DNA of 32,000 nt from an uncultured Alphaproteobacteria bacterium (GTDB lineage Bacteria; Pseudomonadota; Alphaproteobacteria; Micropepsales; Micropepsaceae), in the NCBI GenBank assembly GCA_963747255.1, contig CAVVEG010000018.1, positions 1 through 32,000 of the forward strand. Direction: 5' to 3'. Shown in pieces: positions 16,901 through 23,906 of the stretch. A program made the position numbers and the translations under genes. Under the pieces are notes generated by a model. That model saw only the letters and a list, made by a program, of their open reading frames with translations. It was not told where the DNA came from and searched no databases. Each line of letters opens with the position of its first letter. Position 1 is the first letter of the stretch.

Positions 16901-18492
16901 TCGCTGACCCGGCGGCGCAATTTCGCGAGCGCGTCACCTGTTTCGAAATAGCGTCCTTCGACGGCGAGTTGCGCTTCGCGGGCGTTATCGTCGCTCCAGG
17001 CGGAAAGGGCATAACCATGCCATGGCGTTTTCAAATCCAGCTGCGGCAATGACAGCGCCTTCCATCGTTCGAGGACGTTCTCCATGAAATCGCGCCGCGG
17101 CAGCGAAACCGGAAGGTAAGGATGTTCGCGGCAGGCATTGATCAGCATGGCGGATGCGCCGCGGCCCTCGGGGTAGATGTTCTCGCGCTCGTCCGCCGAC
17201 GGAGCAATCGAGGGATCGAGGCGCGGAACCTTGCCGCGGATGATCTCCACGTCGCGGTGCGGCTGCATGGAATAGGAGAGCGCCCAGAGCACGGCATCCA
17301 TGGAATTGGGATCGACGTCGGAATCGACGGCGATAAAGATCTTGCCGAGCGAAGGGTCGAAGGCAGATGCCGCGCGCAGCGCCTGCCACGGCTGCCCGGG
17401 GGCGGGATGATCGAGCTGAATGACGAAAAACATGTTGCAGCTTGCCATCTCGTAACAGGCGACATTGGTCACGGACGGAATGTTGCAGGCGTTCTTCAGA
17501 TGGTTGAGGTAGATGGCGTCGAAGGCGGCCTTGCGGATGACGGTGCTTTCGCTTGGCGGAAATTCGCTGATGATGGCCTGGCACACCGGGTTCTCGCGCG
17601 TGCTGATGGCGGCGATTTCAAACAGCTTTTCCATTTTCCGCGGACCCAGATAACCGCTGGCTTCGCCAAAGGGCGCTTCGGGTTCGAGAATGTCGGTGCG
17701 GATTTTTCCCTCGATGACGATTTCCGCCGTCGCAGGGACCAGAGCATCGAAAGTCTCGGCCCGGGTAACCTCGACGGGGGCGCCGTTGAGCGCGCCCGCA
17801 AGGCCATATTCGTCAACCCCATAGGGGACTTTGCTGGCGGCGGCGAGGAGCAGCGCCGGAGGGCCGCCGATGAACACCGCGGCGTCCAGCGGCTTTCCCA
17901 TGCGCCGGGCCTTTTCCCAGTGGATCGCCAGATGCTGCGTCGGCACGTCGGTGGCGCAGCCGATGCGATCTTCGCCTTTGATCATGCCGCGATAGATGCC
18001 GAGATTGTATGCGCCTGTTTCGGGGTCGCGGGTTACCCAGACGCCGGCCGTGATGAAAGGCGCGGGATCGAAGCCGGGCGTGGAAATCACATGCGGAAAA
18101 GCATCGATTCCGCCATTCAGTTGCGGGGCGCGATGGATGCGGCGCTTTACAGGGGCCGCGGTGGACGGAACCCCGGATGGCGCAATGTGCCGGCCATGCG
18201 CTCGCGCCCAGGCAGAAGCGATCTCGTCCATGCTCACGCCAAGCGCTGCCGCGTAAATCGCGCGCGAACTGCCCAGCGCGCCGGTAAGCACCGAAGCATC
18301 GAAACGGCGGCGCCGGGCATCGGTGACGTTGCGGAACCAGAACGCCTTGCGCTGTTCCTCCGGAAGGCCGCGAAACTGCAGCCGGACCAGGGGCATCAGC
18401 TCGGTGTCCTTGCAGACCGGTTCATCGACGACATGGAGCAGGTGGCGGCGACTGAGTTCGTCGATATAGTCCCGCAGGTCGCGATAGGGCAT
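16897..18492 (-). CDS. UbiD-family (prFMN-dependent) aromatic acid decarboxylase
   Basis: 531 aa starting at ATG 18492 (MPYRDLRDYIDEL). UbiD blocks: YNLGIYRGMI, HLAIHWEKA, VDEYGLAGALNGAPVEV, AEIVIEGKI..EPEAPFGEASGYLG, VIQL, IFIAVDSDVDPNSMDAVLWALSYSMQPHRD. The longer track ORF 16897..19269 is an out-of-frame upstream extension over the next gene. Confidence 0.9.
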   Translation of the reverse strand: MPYRDLRDYIDELSRRHLLHVVDEPVCKDTELMPLVRLQFRGLPEEQRKAFWFRNVTDARRRRFDASVLTGALGSSRAIYAAALGVSMDEIASAWARAHGRHIAPSGVPSTAAPVKRRIHRAPQLNGGIDAFPHVISTPGFDPAPFITAGVWVTRDPETGAYNLGIYRGMIKGEDRIGCATDVPTQHLAIHWEKARRMGKPLDAAVFIGGPPALLLAAASKVPYGVDEYGLAGALNGAPVEVTRAETFDALVPATAEIVIEGKIRTDILEPEAPFGEASGYLGPRKMEKLFEIAAISTRENPVCQAIISEFPPSESTVIRKAAFDAIYLNHLKNACNIPSVTNVACYEMASCNMFFVIQLDHPAPGQPWQALRAASAFDPSLGKIFIAVDSDVDPNSMDAVLWALSYSMQPHRDVEIIRGKVPRLDPSIAPSADERENIYPEGRGASAMLINACREHPYLPVSLPRRDFMENVLERWKALSLPQLDLKTPWHGYALSAWSDDNAREAQLAVEGRYFETGDALAKLRRRVSE

Positions 18493-19727
18493 CAGTACTT
18501 GCGGAGCAGCGGCAGCATAAACAGCGACAGCCCGGTGCAGCAGAAAACGAGGAAGTAAAGCCCCGCATTGTAGTCGCCGGCGCGGCCGATCAGCATCCCC
18601 ATGATCCAGGGCGCGAGCGAACCGACGATATTTGCAAAGCCGGAGTAGATGCCGAGTCCCATGCCGGTAATGCGGCGCGGAATGATCTGCATTCCGAGGC
18701 TGAACAGAGTCGGCACCGTGCCACCCCAGAACCCCGCGCTTAACGCGAGGAACCATGCGGCCAGATTCGCGCCCGGCGCGAGTGCTGCAAACCAGACGAA
18801 AATTCCAGTCATGAAGAGGCAAACGAAGCAGACGAGCGCCCGCCGCCCGGTGCGGTCGCTGATCCATGCGCCGCCGATCTCGCCGGCGATCATCAGGACA
18901 AAAGGCAGGGCGGAATAGAAACCGGTATGGGTGATATCGAAATGCCGCGCCTGGCGCAGATAGGCCGGGAGCCAGAAATTGAACCCCCAGAGAAAGATGA
19001 GCCCGCCCGAATTGTAGATGGGCATCAGCCAGAAGCGCCAATTTCCCGCCAGCTGCCGGATGGCATCGGCAAGCGGCAGTTTGTCTTCGGCCGAAGCTCC
19101 GCTGCCGGTTTCGGGCGAATCCCTGAGGAACAGCAGGATCAGGGGAAGGACCATGAGCCCATTCAGTGCGGCAAGCGCATAGAAGGATGCGCGCCAGCCA
19201 TATTGCGTGATGATCAGGAGCACGAGCGGAAAGCCCAGGGCCGAGCCCAGAGGGCTTCCGATCGTCCACAGCGCGTTGGCAAGGCCCTGTTCGCGCGGGG
19301 GAAACCAGCGCTTAACGGCAATGCTTGCGGTGCCGAATTGCGGCGCTTCGGCAATTCCGAGGATCGAGCGGGCGCCAAGCATCACGGAATAGGATGTGAC
19401 GGACCCCATGAAGGCGGCTGTCGCGGCCAAAATGCCCGCGATGGTGGCCAGGGTTTTTCTCGGACCGAAGACATCGCCCAGAATGCTGAGAAGAAACATC
19501 GAAGCGCCATAAGGCAGCACGAAAGCGGTCATCAGCAGGCCCAGAAGAGCCGGATCGCTGACGCCGAGGTCGGTTTTGAACTGCTGGTTTGTGGACAGAA
19601 CGGCAATATCGATGCGATCGAAGAATGCGGTCGTTACCGCAAGCAAAAGCAGCAGCGAGACGACCCACCTGGACCGCACGCCGGCGGGCGCGAGAGCTGC
19701 GAGCTTTGCGGCCTGGACGTCCTGCAC
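18492..19727 (-). CDS. MFS transporter (ACS-like)
   Basis: I place the start at GTG 19727, where the minus strand reads AAGGGAGGAACCG-GTG (strong SD). The track start at 19883 would overlap the divergent marR start. Block: RSRWVVSLLLLLAVTTAFFDRIDIAVLS..FVLPYGASMF. Its stop overlaps the UbiD start (TGATG at 18490-18494). Confidence 0.85.
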   Translation of the reverse strand: MQDVQAAKLAALAPAGVRSRWVVSLLLLLAVTTAFFDRIDIAVLSTNQQFKTDLGVSDPALLGLLMTAFVLPYGASMFLLSILGDVFGPRKTLATIAGILAATAAFMGSVTSYSVMLGARSILGIAEAPQFGTASIAVKRWFPPREQGLANALWTIGSPLGSALGFPLVLLIITQYGWRASFYALAALNGLMVLPLILLFLRDSPETGSGASAEDKLPLADAIRQLAGNWRFWLMPIYNSGGLIFLWGFNFWLPAYLRQARHFDITHTGFYSALPFVLMIAGEIGGAWISDRTGRRALVCFVCLFMTGIFVWFAALAPGANLAAWFLALSAGFWGGTVPTLFSLGMQIIPRRITGMGLGIYSGFANIVGSLAPWIMGMLIGRAGDYNAGLYFLVFCCTGLSLFMLPLLRKY

Positions 19728-19875
19728 CGGTTCCTCCCTTTCCCGGCATAGTGCATGTTTTTCCCAATCCGGAAATGGGCTTGCGTCGGCCGGGCGACGA
19801 GGCAGCGCCGCTGCAATTTGCGAATCGCGCAAAAATTGCGCAAAACCGCTTGCTGCAAGCTGGTGGGAGGTCCTG
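19728..19875. promoter_or_regulatory. Divergent control region between the MFS-UbiD-MFS operon and marR, with palindromes
   Basis: The 148-bp gap contains CCCAATCCGGAAATGGG (19763-19779, imperfect palindrome around TCCGGA), TTGCG-aatcg-CGCAA (19818-19832) and the perfect 8-bp palindrome TTGCGCAA (19836-19843). The promoter hexamers themselves cannot be called. Confidence 0.5.
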
Positions 19876-20463
19876 TTGCGCATTGTCGATGCGGCCCGGC
19901 TTGAGCGCCGCCGCGCCCGCGCGGTGAAGTCGCGCGGCGCCCAGGACCGTCACCCGTATTTCTACGGCGTGGCCGAAGCCAGATATCTGCTGCGCAAGGT
20001 TTTCCGTCTGGTCGAAGACCAGGCGCGGTTGGCCGGTCTGGACCCGCTGGCGCACCAGGCGCTGATCCAGATCTATGGAAGCAGCACGGGAACGCTGAAA
20101 GTGCGCGAGGTCGCCGAGCGGCTGGACATCACGCCCGCATTCGCCTCGACGCTGATCCAGGAATTGGCGGCGAAGGGGCTGGTGCTGCGTTCGCGCGATC
20201 GCGAGGATCAGCGGGTCATGTGGACTAAAGTGACGGCCAGGGGACGCCTGGTCCTGTACCAGATCGATGAGCGCGTGCAGGCGGAGGTGGACCGGTTCAC
20301 CGGCGGCGTCAGCGAAAGCCGTACCGAAGCGGCGATATCGATCCTGATGTTCTATGCGGGGGTCTCGCTGAGACGTGCAAACCCGGTTTTCGCCCTGGAC
20401 GGGGGCATGACGCCGGGCCGACCGGGGAAGGGTATGGCGCGTGCCCATTCCCGCGGAAATTAG
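19876..20463 (+). CDS. MarR-family transcriptional regulator
   Basis: In frame within ORF 19576..20463. TTG 19876 sits 5 nt after GGGAGG (19865-19870); GTG 19924 is an alternative start. Winged-helix blocks: LDPLAHQALIQIYGS, LKVREVAERLDITPAFASTLIQELAAKGLVLRSRDREDQRVMWTKVTARG. Confidence 0.85.
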   Translation: MRIVDAARLERRRARAVKSRGAQDRHPYFYGVAEARYLLRKVFRLVEDQARLAGLDPLAHQALIQIYGSSTGTLKVREVAERLDITPAFASTLIQELAAKGLVLRSRDREDQRVMWTKVTARGRLVLYQIDERVQAEVDRFTGGVSESRTEAAISILMFYAGVSLRRANPVFALDGGMTPGRPGKGMARAHSRGN

Positions 20464-20490
20464 GTCAGTGGACAAACCTATTTCCGCGGG
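20450..20490 (+). promoter_or_regulatory. Perfect 11-bp inverted repeat spanning the marR stop codon
   Basis: CCCGCGGAAAT (20450-20460), a 19-nt spacer, then ATTTCCGCGGG (20480-20490). It lies 31 nt upstream of the flavin reductase GTG and is not followed by a T-tract. It could be an operator or an RNA hairpin. Confidence 0.6.
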
Positions 20491-20521
20491 ACTATTCTGA
20501 TCCCGACCGCGGAGGCGCGCC

Positions 20522-21031
20522 GTGCCGGCAGAGGATGATATTTTCCGCAAGTCGATGCGCCTCCTCGCAGGGGGCGTAACGATCGTGGCAAGCGCGTTTG
20601 AAGGCAACCGCAGCGGATTGACGGCAACGGCCGTGTGCTCACTCGCACTCACGCCGCCGCGCATACTCGCCTCGATCAATGTTCAGGGCGACACCTATGG
20701 ACTGGTCGCGCGCAGCCGCTGCATGTCCATCAATCTGCTTTCACTGGAGCACGAAAGACTGGCCAGACGTTTCGCCACCAGCCGCACGATGCTGAACGAA
20801 GACCGCTTCGGCGTGGGGGATTGGGTAGCGGGATGCACGGGAGCGCCGGTGCTCGCCGATGCGCTCGCGGCGCTCGACTGCCATGTGAGCGACATCATTC
20901 CGCTCGACAGTCACGCGATCCTGATCGGCCTGGTCGAGGAGGTGCGATTTGGTCCGCAACGTCCGCCGCTGATTCATTTTGAATCGCATTTCACCTCGGT
21001 GATGAACGCTGTCCGGGAACATCTCGCATGA
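20522..21031 (+). CDS. Flavin reductase (HpaC-like, FMN-binding split-barrel family)
   Basis: GTG 20522 sits 6 nt after GGAGG (20511-20515). Blocks: FRKSMRLLAGGVTIVAS, GLTATAVCSLALTPPRILASI, PVLADALAALDCHV, GDHAILIG-type HAILIGLVEEV. The stop overlaps the next start (ATGA, 21028-21031). Confidence 0.85.
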   Translation: MPAEDDIFRKSMRLLAGGVTIVASAFEGNRSGLTATAVCSLALTPPRILASINVQGDTYGLVARSRCMSINLLSLEHERLARRFATSRTMLNEDRFGVGDWVAGCTGAPVLADALAALDCHVSDIIPLDSHAILIGLVEEVRFGPQRPPLIHFESHFTSVMNAVREHLA

Positions 21032-22530
21032 CGATCGTCACGCCTGTCCGCCGTCAAACTCCCGTTGCCGCCGGAATGCGCACAGGCGCGCAATTTCTTG
21101 CGGCGATCGCCGGCGACGGAAGGCGGGTTTACTGCGACGGGGAATTGGTGGGCGATGTTACCACGCACCCGTATTTTCGCGGCGCGGCGGAGTCGATTGC
21201 GCATCTTTATGATGTCGCGGCCGATCCGGCCAACCGGGATCTGATGACATTTCCCTCTCCTTCGACCGGCGCAGCTGTGCTCAGATGTTACCAGGTGCCG
21301 AAGACATTGGGCGATCTGGCGGCGCGGCGCGCCATGAGCCGTCGCTGGGCGGAGGAGAGTTTCGGCCTGCTGGGCCGGACGCCCGATCACGTCGCGGGTT
21401 TCCTGGCCGGGTACGCCGCCAAGCCAGGTGTTTTCGCGGATGCCGGAAAGCAGTATGCGGAAAACGTCGCCGGATATCATGAATATGCGCGCGACAATCA
21501 CCTTTATCTGTCCTATGCGATCGTTCCGCCGCAGATCGACCGCTCCAGGCCGGCGCATCAGCAGCGGGATCCGACGCTTTACGCGGGCGTGGTTGCGGAG
21601 CGCGACGGCGGCATCGTTCTGAAAGGCGCTCAACAGCTGGGCACCGGATCGGTCTATTCCGATGCGATCTACATCAGCTGCATTCATCCGCTTTCACCGG
21701 GCGATGAAAACTACGCATTTGCGGTCGCCGTCCCGGCCAATGCGCAGGGCGTGAAAATCTACGCGCGACGGCCTTATGCGTCGGGCGCCACATCGGAATT
21801 CGATTATCCGCTGTCGTCGCGTTTTGATGAAAGCGATGCGCTGATCGTGCTCGACAACGTCTTTGTTCCGTGGGAGCAGGTCTTCTGCTACCGGAACATT
21901 CAGCTTTGCCGCGATCAGTGGTGGCGCACGCCGTCGCATTCCTATGGCAACCATCAGGCGCAGGTGCGCTATGCCGTGAAGCTGCAGTTCCTGATGGGGC
22001 TTGCAAAACGGCTGTGCGAGATCACGGGCAGTTTCTCCCTGCCGCCGGTGCAGATCATGCTGGGCGAAATGGCGGCGTTTTCCACTGTCGTCGAGTCGAT
22101 GGTCGTGGCGCAGGAAACCCAGGCGACGATCGACGCGGAAGGTGTGGTGTGGCCGTCGAAAGCGGCGCTGTATTCGGTGATGGCTCTGCAGTCCGAGATC
22201 AATCCGCGGCTGCTCAATATCATGCGGGAGCTGGCCGGCGGTTCGATCATCATGCTGCCGTCCTCCGCTCGCGACTTCGATACACCCGAGATCGCAGCCG
22301 ATCTGGAACGCTATGTCGCCTCGCCCGGCTTCCCGGCGCGGCAGCGCACGGCGATTCTGAAGATGGCGTGGGATCTGATCGGCTCGGAATTTGCCGGGCG
22401 TCATGAGCAATACGAGAAATTCTATGGCGGGGCCTCGTTTCTTGTGAAGCAGAACATGGCCCGCGCATATGATTTCACTTCCGCCACCGCATTGGTGGAC
22501 CGCGCGCTCGCCGGGACAGCCGGCAAGTGA
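21028..22530 (+). CDS. HpaB-family two-component flavin-dependent monooxygenase, oxygenase component (4-hydroxyphenylacetate 3-hydroxylase family)
   Basis: 500 aa. Blocks: MRTGAQFLAAI, DGRRVYCDGELVGDVTTHPYFRGAAESIAHLYD, GRTPDHVAGFL, HLYLSYAIVPPQIDRS, GIVLKGAQQLGTG, FDESDALIVLDNVFVPWEQVF, YEKFYGG. Confidence 0.9.
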   Translation: MTIVTPVRRQTPVAAGMRTGAQFLAAIAGDGRRVYCDGELVGDVTTHPYFRGAAESIAHLYDVAADPANRDLMTFPSPSTGAAVLRCYQVPKTLGDLAARRAMSRRWAEESFGLLGRTPDHVAGFLAGYAAKPGVFADAGKQYAENVAGYHEYARDNHLYLSYAIVPPQIDRSRPAHQQRDPTLYAGVVAERDGGIVLKGAQQLGTGSVYSDAIYISCIHPLSPGDENYAFAVAVPANAQGVKIYARRPYASGATSEFDYPLSSRFDESDALIVLDNVFVPWEQVFCYRNIQLCRDQWWRTPSHSYGNHQAQVRYAVKLQFLMGLAKRLCEITGSFSLPPVQIMLGEMAAFSTVVESMVVAQETQATIDAEGVVWPSKAALYSVMALQSEINPRLLNIMRELAGGSIIMLPSSARDFDTPEIAADLERYVASPGFPARQRTAILKMAWDLIGSEFAGRHEQYEKFYGGASFLVKQNMARAYDFTSATALVDRALAGTAGK

Positions 22531-22587
22531 AACCGTTGCAAATTCGCCGCTGATCCCCGACAAGGCAGCACAGATCGTCGGGTACGG

Positions 22588-23052
22588 GTGATGAGGTTTT
22601 CCGGAGAACTGAGTGTGCCTGCGGCGCGGGAGGCGGTGTTTGACCGCTTGCGCGATGCGCCGTTTTTCGCCTCCTGCGTCGAAGGCGTGGGCGGTCTCGT
22701 CGAGGTTGCGCCGGATCGCTACACGGCGCGTCTTACGACCAAGATCGCCTATATTCGTTTCGAGTTCGAAGTCATTGTGGATATCGTGCGGGCAGAACGG
22801 CCCCGTGCCATCGAAGCACGCATCGAAGGCAAGCCGCATGGAGTCGTGGGGCGGCTTTCGGCAAATTCAACCGCCAGTTTTGAGGAAGATGGGGCCGCGA
22901 CCCGGGTCATCTACAATATTGAAGCCAATCTGACCGGCAGGCTGGGCAGCATCGGCCAGCCGGTGTTGAAGTCGAAAGCCAAAGAGATGGAAAGGCAGTT
23001 CGTGGAGAAATTGCGAACGGCGTTTCCCGGGACCGGAGAACAGGCCGCGTGA
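22588..23052 (+). CDS. CoxG-like SRPBCC-family protein (carbon monoxide dehydrogenase subunit G family)
   Basis: 154 aa, starting at GTG 22588 or ATG 22591. Blocks: FSGELSVPAAREAVFDRLRDAPFFASCVEGV, YTARLTTKIAYIRFEFEV, LTGRLGSIGQPVLKSKAKEM. The stop overlaps the next start (GTGA at 23049-23052). Confidence 0.8.
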   Translation: MMRFSGELSVPAAREAVFDRLRDAPFFASCVEGVGGLVEVAPDRYTARLTTKIAYIRFEFEVIVDIVRAERPRAIEARIEGKPHGVVGRLSANSTASFEEDGAATRVIYNIEANLTGRLGSIGQPVLKSKAKEMERQFVEKLRTAFPGTGEQAA

Positions 23053-23906
23053 TCCCCTTCGACTGGGAAGAGCCGGAGAGTCTGGACGACGCGATCGCGC
23101 TGCTCGCGTCCGGCGACGACAGCGTGCGCGCGCTGGCCGGGGGCACGGCGTTGATGCTGATGATGAAGGCGGGCGTGTTTACGCCCTCATGTCTCGTCAG
23201 CCTTGCGAAAATCGAGCCGCTGCACTCCGAAGTCGCGCTGATGGCCGATGGCAGTCTGAGGCTGGGCGCGATGGCGTCGCTGTCGCAACTGGAGCAGGCG
23301 CATGCGGCCATCGGGGCCTTCCCGGTGATCGGGCGCGCCTTGCGGACCCTGTCCAATGTCCGTGTCAGGAATGTTGCCCGGATAGGGGGTGCTCTGGCGC
23401 ATGGCGATCCGCATATGGATCTGCCGCCGCTTCTCGCCGCGCTCGGCGCAACAGCCTCGATACGTGGTCCGGGCGGGGCGCGCGAGCTTGCGGTGGAAGA
23501 TCTCTATGCCGGGTATTACGAAACGGTACTTCAGCGCGGCGAGTTGATCGATTCCGTGCGCGTGCCGGCGCTGAACGGCGCCAAAGCGGCCTACATGAAG
23601 GTAACATCCCGTTCCGCCGACGATTGGCCGGCATTGGGTCTCGGTGTTCGCCTCGGTATGGAGGGCGACCGCATTCTCAATGCCCGCCTCGTGGTCAGCG
23701 CGGCGACGGAGAAGGTGATGCGGCTGCGCCGGACCGAAGAAATGCTTGCGGGCCGCCCCGCGGGGGAACGAATCCTGTCCGATGCCGGAGAGTGTGCATG
23801 CGAAGAGGTCGCGTTCCTCTCCGATGCACACGGATCGGCGGCTTACAAAAAAGAGCTGCTGCGCGTCTGTCTGCGTCGCGCCGTGGCGGAGGCGTGCCGT
23901 GGCTGA
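23049..23906 (+). CDS. Molybdenum hydroxylase FAD-binding subunit (xanthine dehydrogenase family subunit M / CoxM-like)
   Basis: 285 aa. Blocks: SLDDAIALLA, ALAGGTALMLMMK, IGGALAHGDP, DLPPLLAALGA, SAAYKKELLRV. Confidence 0.9.
   Translation: MIPFDWEEPESLDDAIALLASGDDSVRALAGGTALMLMMKAGVFTPSCLVSLAKIEPLHSEVALMADGSLRLGAMASLSQLEQAHAAIGAFPVIGRALRTLSNVRVRNVARIGGALAHGDPHMDLPPLLAALGATASIRGPGGARELAVEDLYAGYYETVLQRGELIDSVRVPALNGAKAAYMKVTSRSADDWPALGLGVRLGMEGDRILNARLVVSAATEKVMRLRRTEEMLAGRPAGERILSDAGECACEEVAFLSDAHGSAAYKKELLRVCLRRAVAEACRG

Noticed and set aside
17122-18558. 478-aa plus-strand ORF
   Set aside because: Antisense shadow of the UbiD gene. The same reasoning applies to 19312..20679 (-), 20974..21687 (-), 21694..22839 (-), 23187..23975 (-), 23695..24369 (-), 24412..25419 (-), 25468..26064 (-), 26061..26915 (-), 11481..12425 (-), 12495..13454 (-), 12064..12675 (-), 26994..27533 (-) and 31269..31883 (-). 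All oppose genes with clear family motifs and have skewed Arg/Gly/Pro composition.
16897-19269. 790-aa version of the UbiD ORF
   Set aside because: The first ~259 codons overlap the upstream MFS gene in another frame and look non-protein-like (Arg/Pro/Ala-rich). UbiD homology begins at MPYRDL (ATG 18492), which is coupled to the MFS stop.
19728-19883. ATG 19883 as the start of the MFS gene
   Set aside because: It would overlap the divergent marR start and its SD. An internal GTG at 19727 has a strong SD (AAGGGAGG), and the MFS N-terminal motif begins shortly after it.
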